A stretch of DNA of 63,855 nt, counting the filler, from Aduncisulcus paluster (lineage: Eukaryota), in NCBI GenBank assembly GCA_024181965.1. It is 10 parts of 10 records of this genome, joined end to end, with 100 filler letters (N's around TTAATTAATTAA, not from the genome) between each part and the next. Parts side by side here need not be neighbours in the genome. Positions count along the whole stretch, not along the records: positions 59,291 to 63,855 come from BQXS01011075.1; 9 more parts are not named here. One strand, written 5' to 3'. This document shows positions 62,560 to 63,855 of this stretch, in pieces (position 1 is the first letter of the stretch; every line of letters begins with the position of its first letter). The notes beneath the pieces are model-generated. The model saw nothing but the letters and a program-made list of their open reading frames with translations, was not told the origin of the DNA and searched no databases. The translations under genes and the position numbers were made by a program.

Positions 62560-63200
62560 CAATGAAGAGTGGCGCCATCTGCTGAGCTCTGATGGGTTCC
62601 GTGGTTCAGGTTCTCCTGCATCTTTATCTATCAGGTGGCCTTGGATATTTCTCCATTGTGAGGGGATCATTGCCAAATCGAGCACTCAATTAAAAAGAAA
62701 GCACCATGTTGCAGCTGATATGGTTTTCATGGCTCTCCATGTGACTTTATCTGGTCCTGCTGCAGAGTGAGTGATGTTCTGGAGAGCATTTCGGACTTCC
62801 ATTACACTGATTGATTCACATGCGAATAGATCAGTTCTTGCAGTGCATGCTGGGAATTCAGGAGGGTCAGATTCAGGTCCAGAGTAACGAGAAACATATC
62901 GCGTCAGAACATCCGGCGGAGCAGAGGCTCCAGGGAGAGAGATGGCCTTCTTTAGGTCACGAAAGCATTGTATCATACAATTCCAAGTTGAAATCCTTTC
63001 TCCATGCTCACTTTGCAGATCAGTCCTGCCATGGCCAACTTCCTCTTTACAGTTGAGCTTGCGTTTGACTTGCACAGGTGTATCGCGAATATATCCATAA
63101 CTTCTCCGATGGTTAAGTCGATACCGTTGCCTGCAGCCTTCTCTAATCCCTTCCTAACATAACCATACTCCTTCCTGGAGCCCTCTTTCAACGATCTCAT
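62560..63200 (-). pseudogene. Non-LTR retrotransposon RT N-terminal region (domains 0-1), decayed
   Basis: ISVMEVRNAL...SAAGPDKVTWRAMK...FLFN, then past a stop IPSQWR...LIDK...RWR. Confidence 0.7.
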
Positions 63201-63855
63201 GTGGTATTTCCATCTATCCTCTGAGGATAATCCTCATCGATAGGAGTGGAATAAAGGCACATTAAAAAAAAACTAATGCTAGTACTAGAAACCAATGAAT
63301 TGTGAATTTTCTTAATTAAGTTTTGAGGTGGAAGAGGGAGTGGAAATGAAAATTCAGGTTTTTCTAGCGAAGCCATAAATTCCCCAAAATACTATTTAGG
63401 AATAGTATTCCTTTGGGGTTGAAGAAAAAGTACAAAAATATTTGAATAAATACTTAAAAAATGGGAAAATAGATCCAATAATCCATAATTTCGAGGCTTT
63501 GGCCATTGAATCTGCCCATAATATATCTATCATTAAGAGCCAGAATTCTCGTTGGATGATACTGATGCTATCCTCGAGGCCCTGTTTCGCCATGAAATCT
63601 ATAAATCTTGGAGCAAGTTGATTGGCTATGTAACATATTTGATGTACATTGAGAATAAGTGGACCTCAGCCGGATTCGTTATCAGTTTCGAGAGCCCACA
63701 AGTTATCGTTACCACCTGATCTTCAGATGATTCGTCTTATTAAATAAATAATTAATATTAATAAAATGCATATAAAATTATACTTAAATAAGCTCGTGAA
63801 GTCAGAGAGAAACGATGGTCGGAAGCTCGAGTTGTAAAATCTGTGTTTGTTAAGG

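Noticed and set aside
63661-63740. Hammerhead ribozyme (CTGAAGA...GAAA on the minus strand)
   Set aside because: Stem II closing pair and stems I/III cannot be formed.

Overview
AT-rich, gene-dense eukaryotic (protist) DNA, not prokaryotic. The window is ten unrelated assembly contigs joined by artificial 100-nt spacers (N44-TTAATTAATTAA-N44), so adjacency across spacers is meaningless. Contig 1 also has three 20-N scaffold gaps flanked by duplicated sequence. Core genes: ARMH1-like ARM protein, Tim44, a cysteine-depleted small Tim, eIF2-gamma (with intron), TFIIE-alpha, CTR9, a RanBP9/10-type SPRY protein, and partial MCM7 and RPB1. The divergent import proteins and lineage-specific families suggest an anaerobic metamonad with a mitochondrion-related organelle, possibly a free-living fornicate such as Aduncisulcus (inference from recall, not a search). 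Accessory content includes a ~170-aa beta-sandwich-like domain found as a stand-alone tandem pair, fused to a protein kinase, and fused to an atypical Rab-like GTPase, plus a modular secreted LRR/Cys-rich protein. Mobile-element debris includes Ty3/Gypsy gag/protease/RT, DIRS-like RT/RNase H, R2-like non-LTR RT and endonuclease, and hAT-like transposases. Best candidates for an undescribed system: (i) the shuffled beta-sandwich domain coupled to kinase and GTPase effectors, whose genes share conserved upstream DNA; (ii) a Tim44 plus near-Cys-less small Tim gene pair. Most frameshifts look like single-base homopolymer deletion errors. No tRNA, rRNA or CRISPR was seen.
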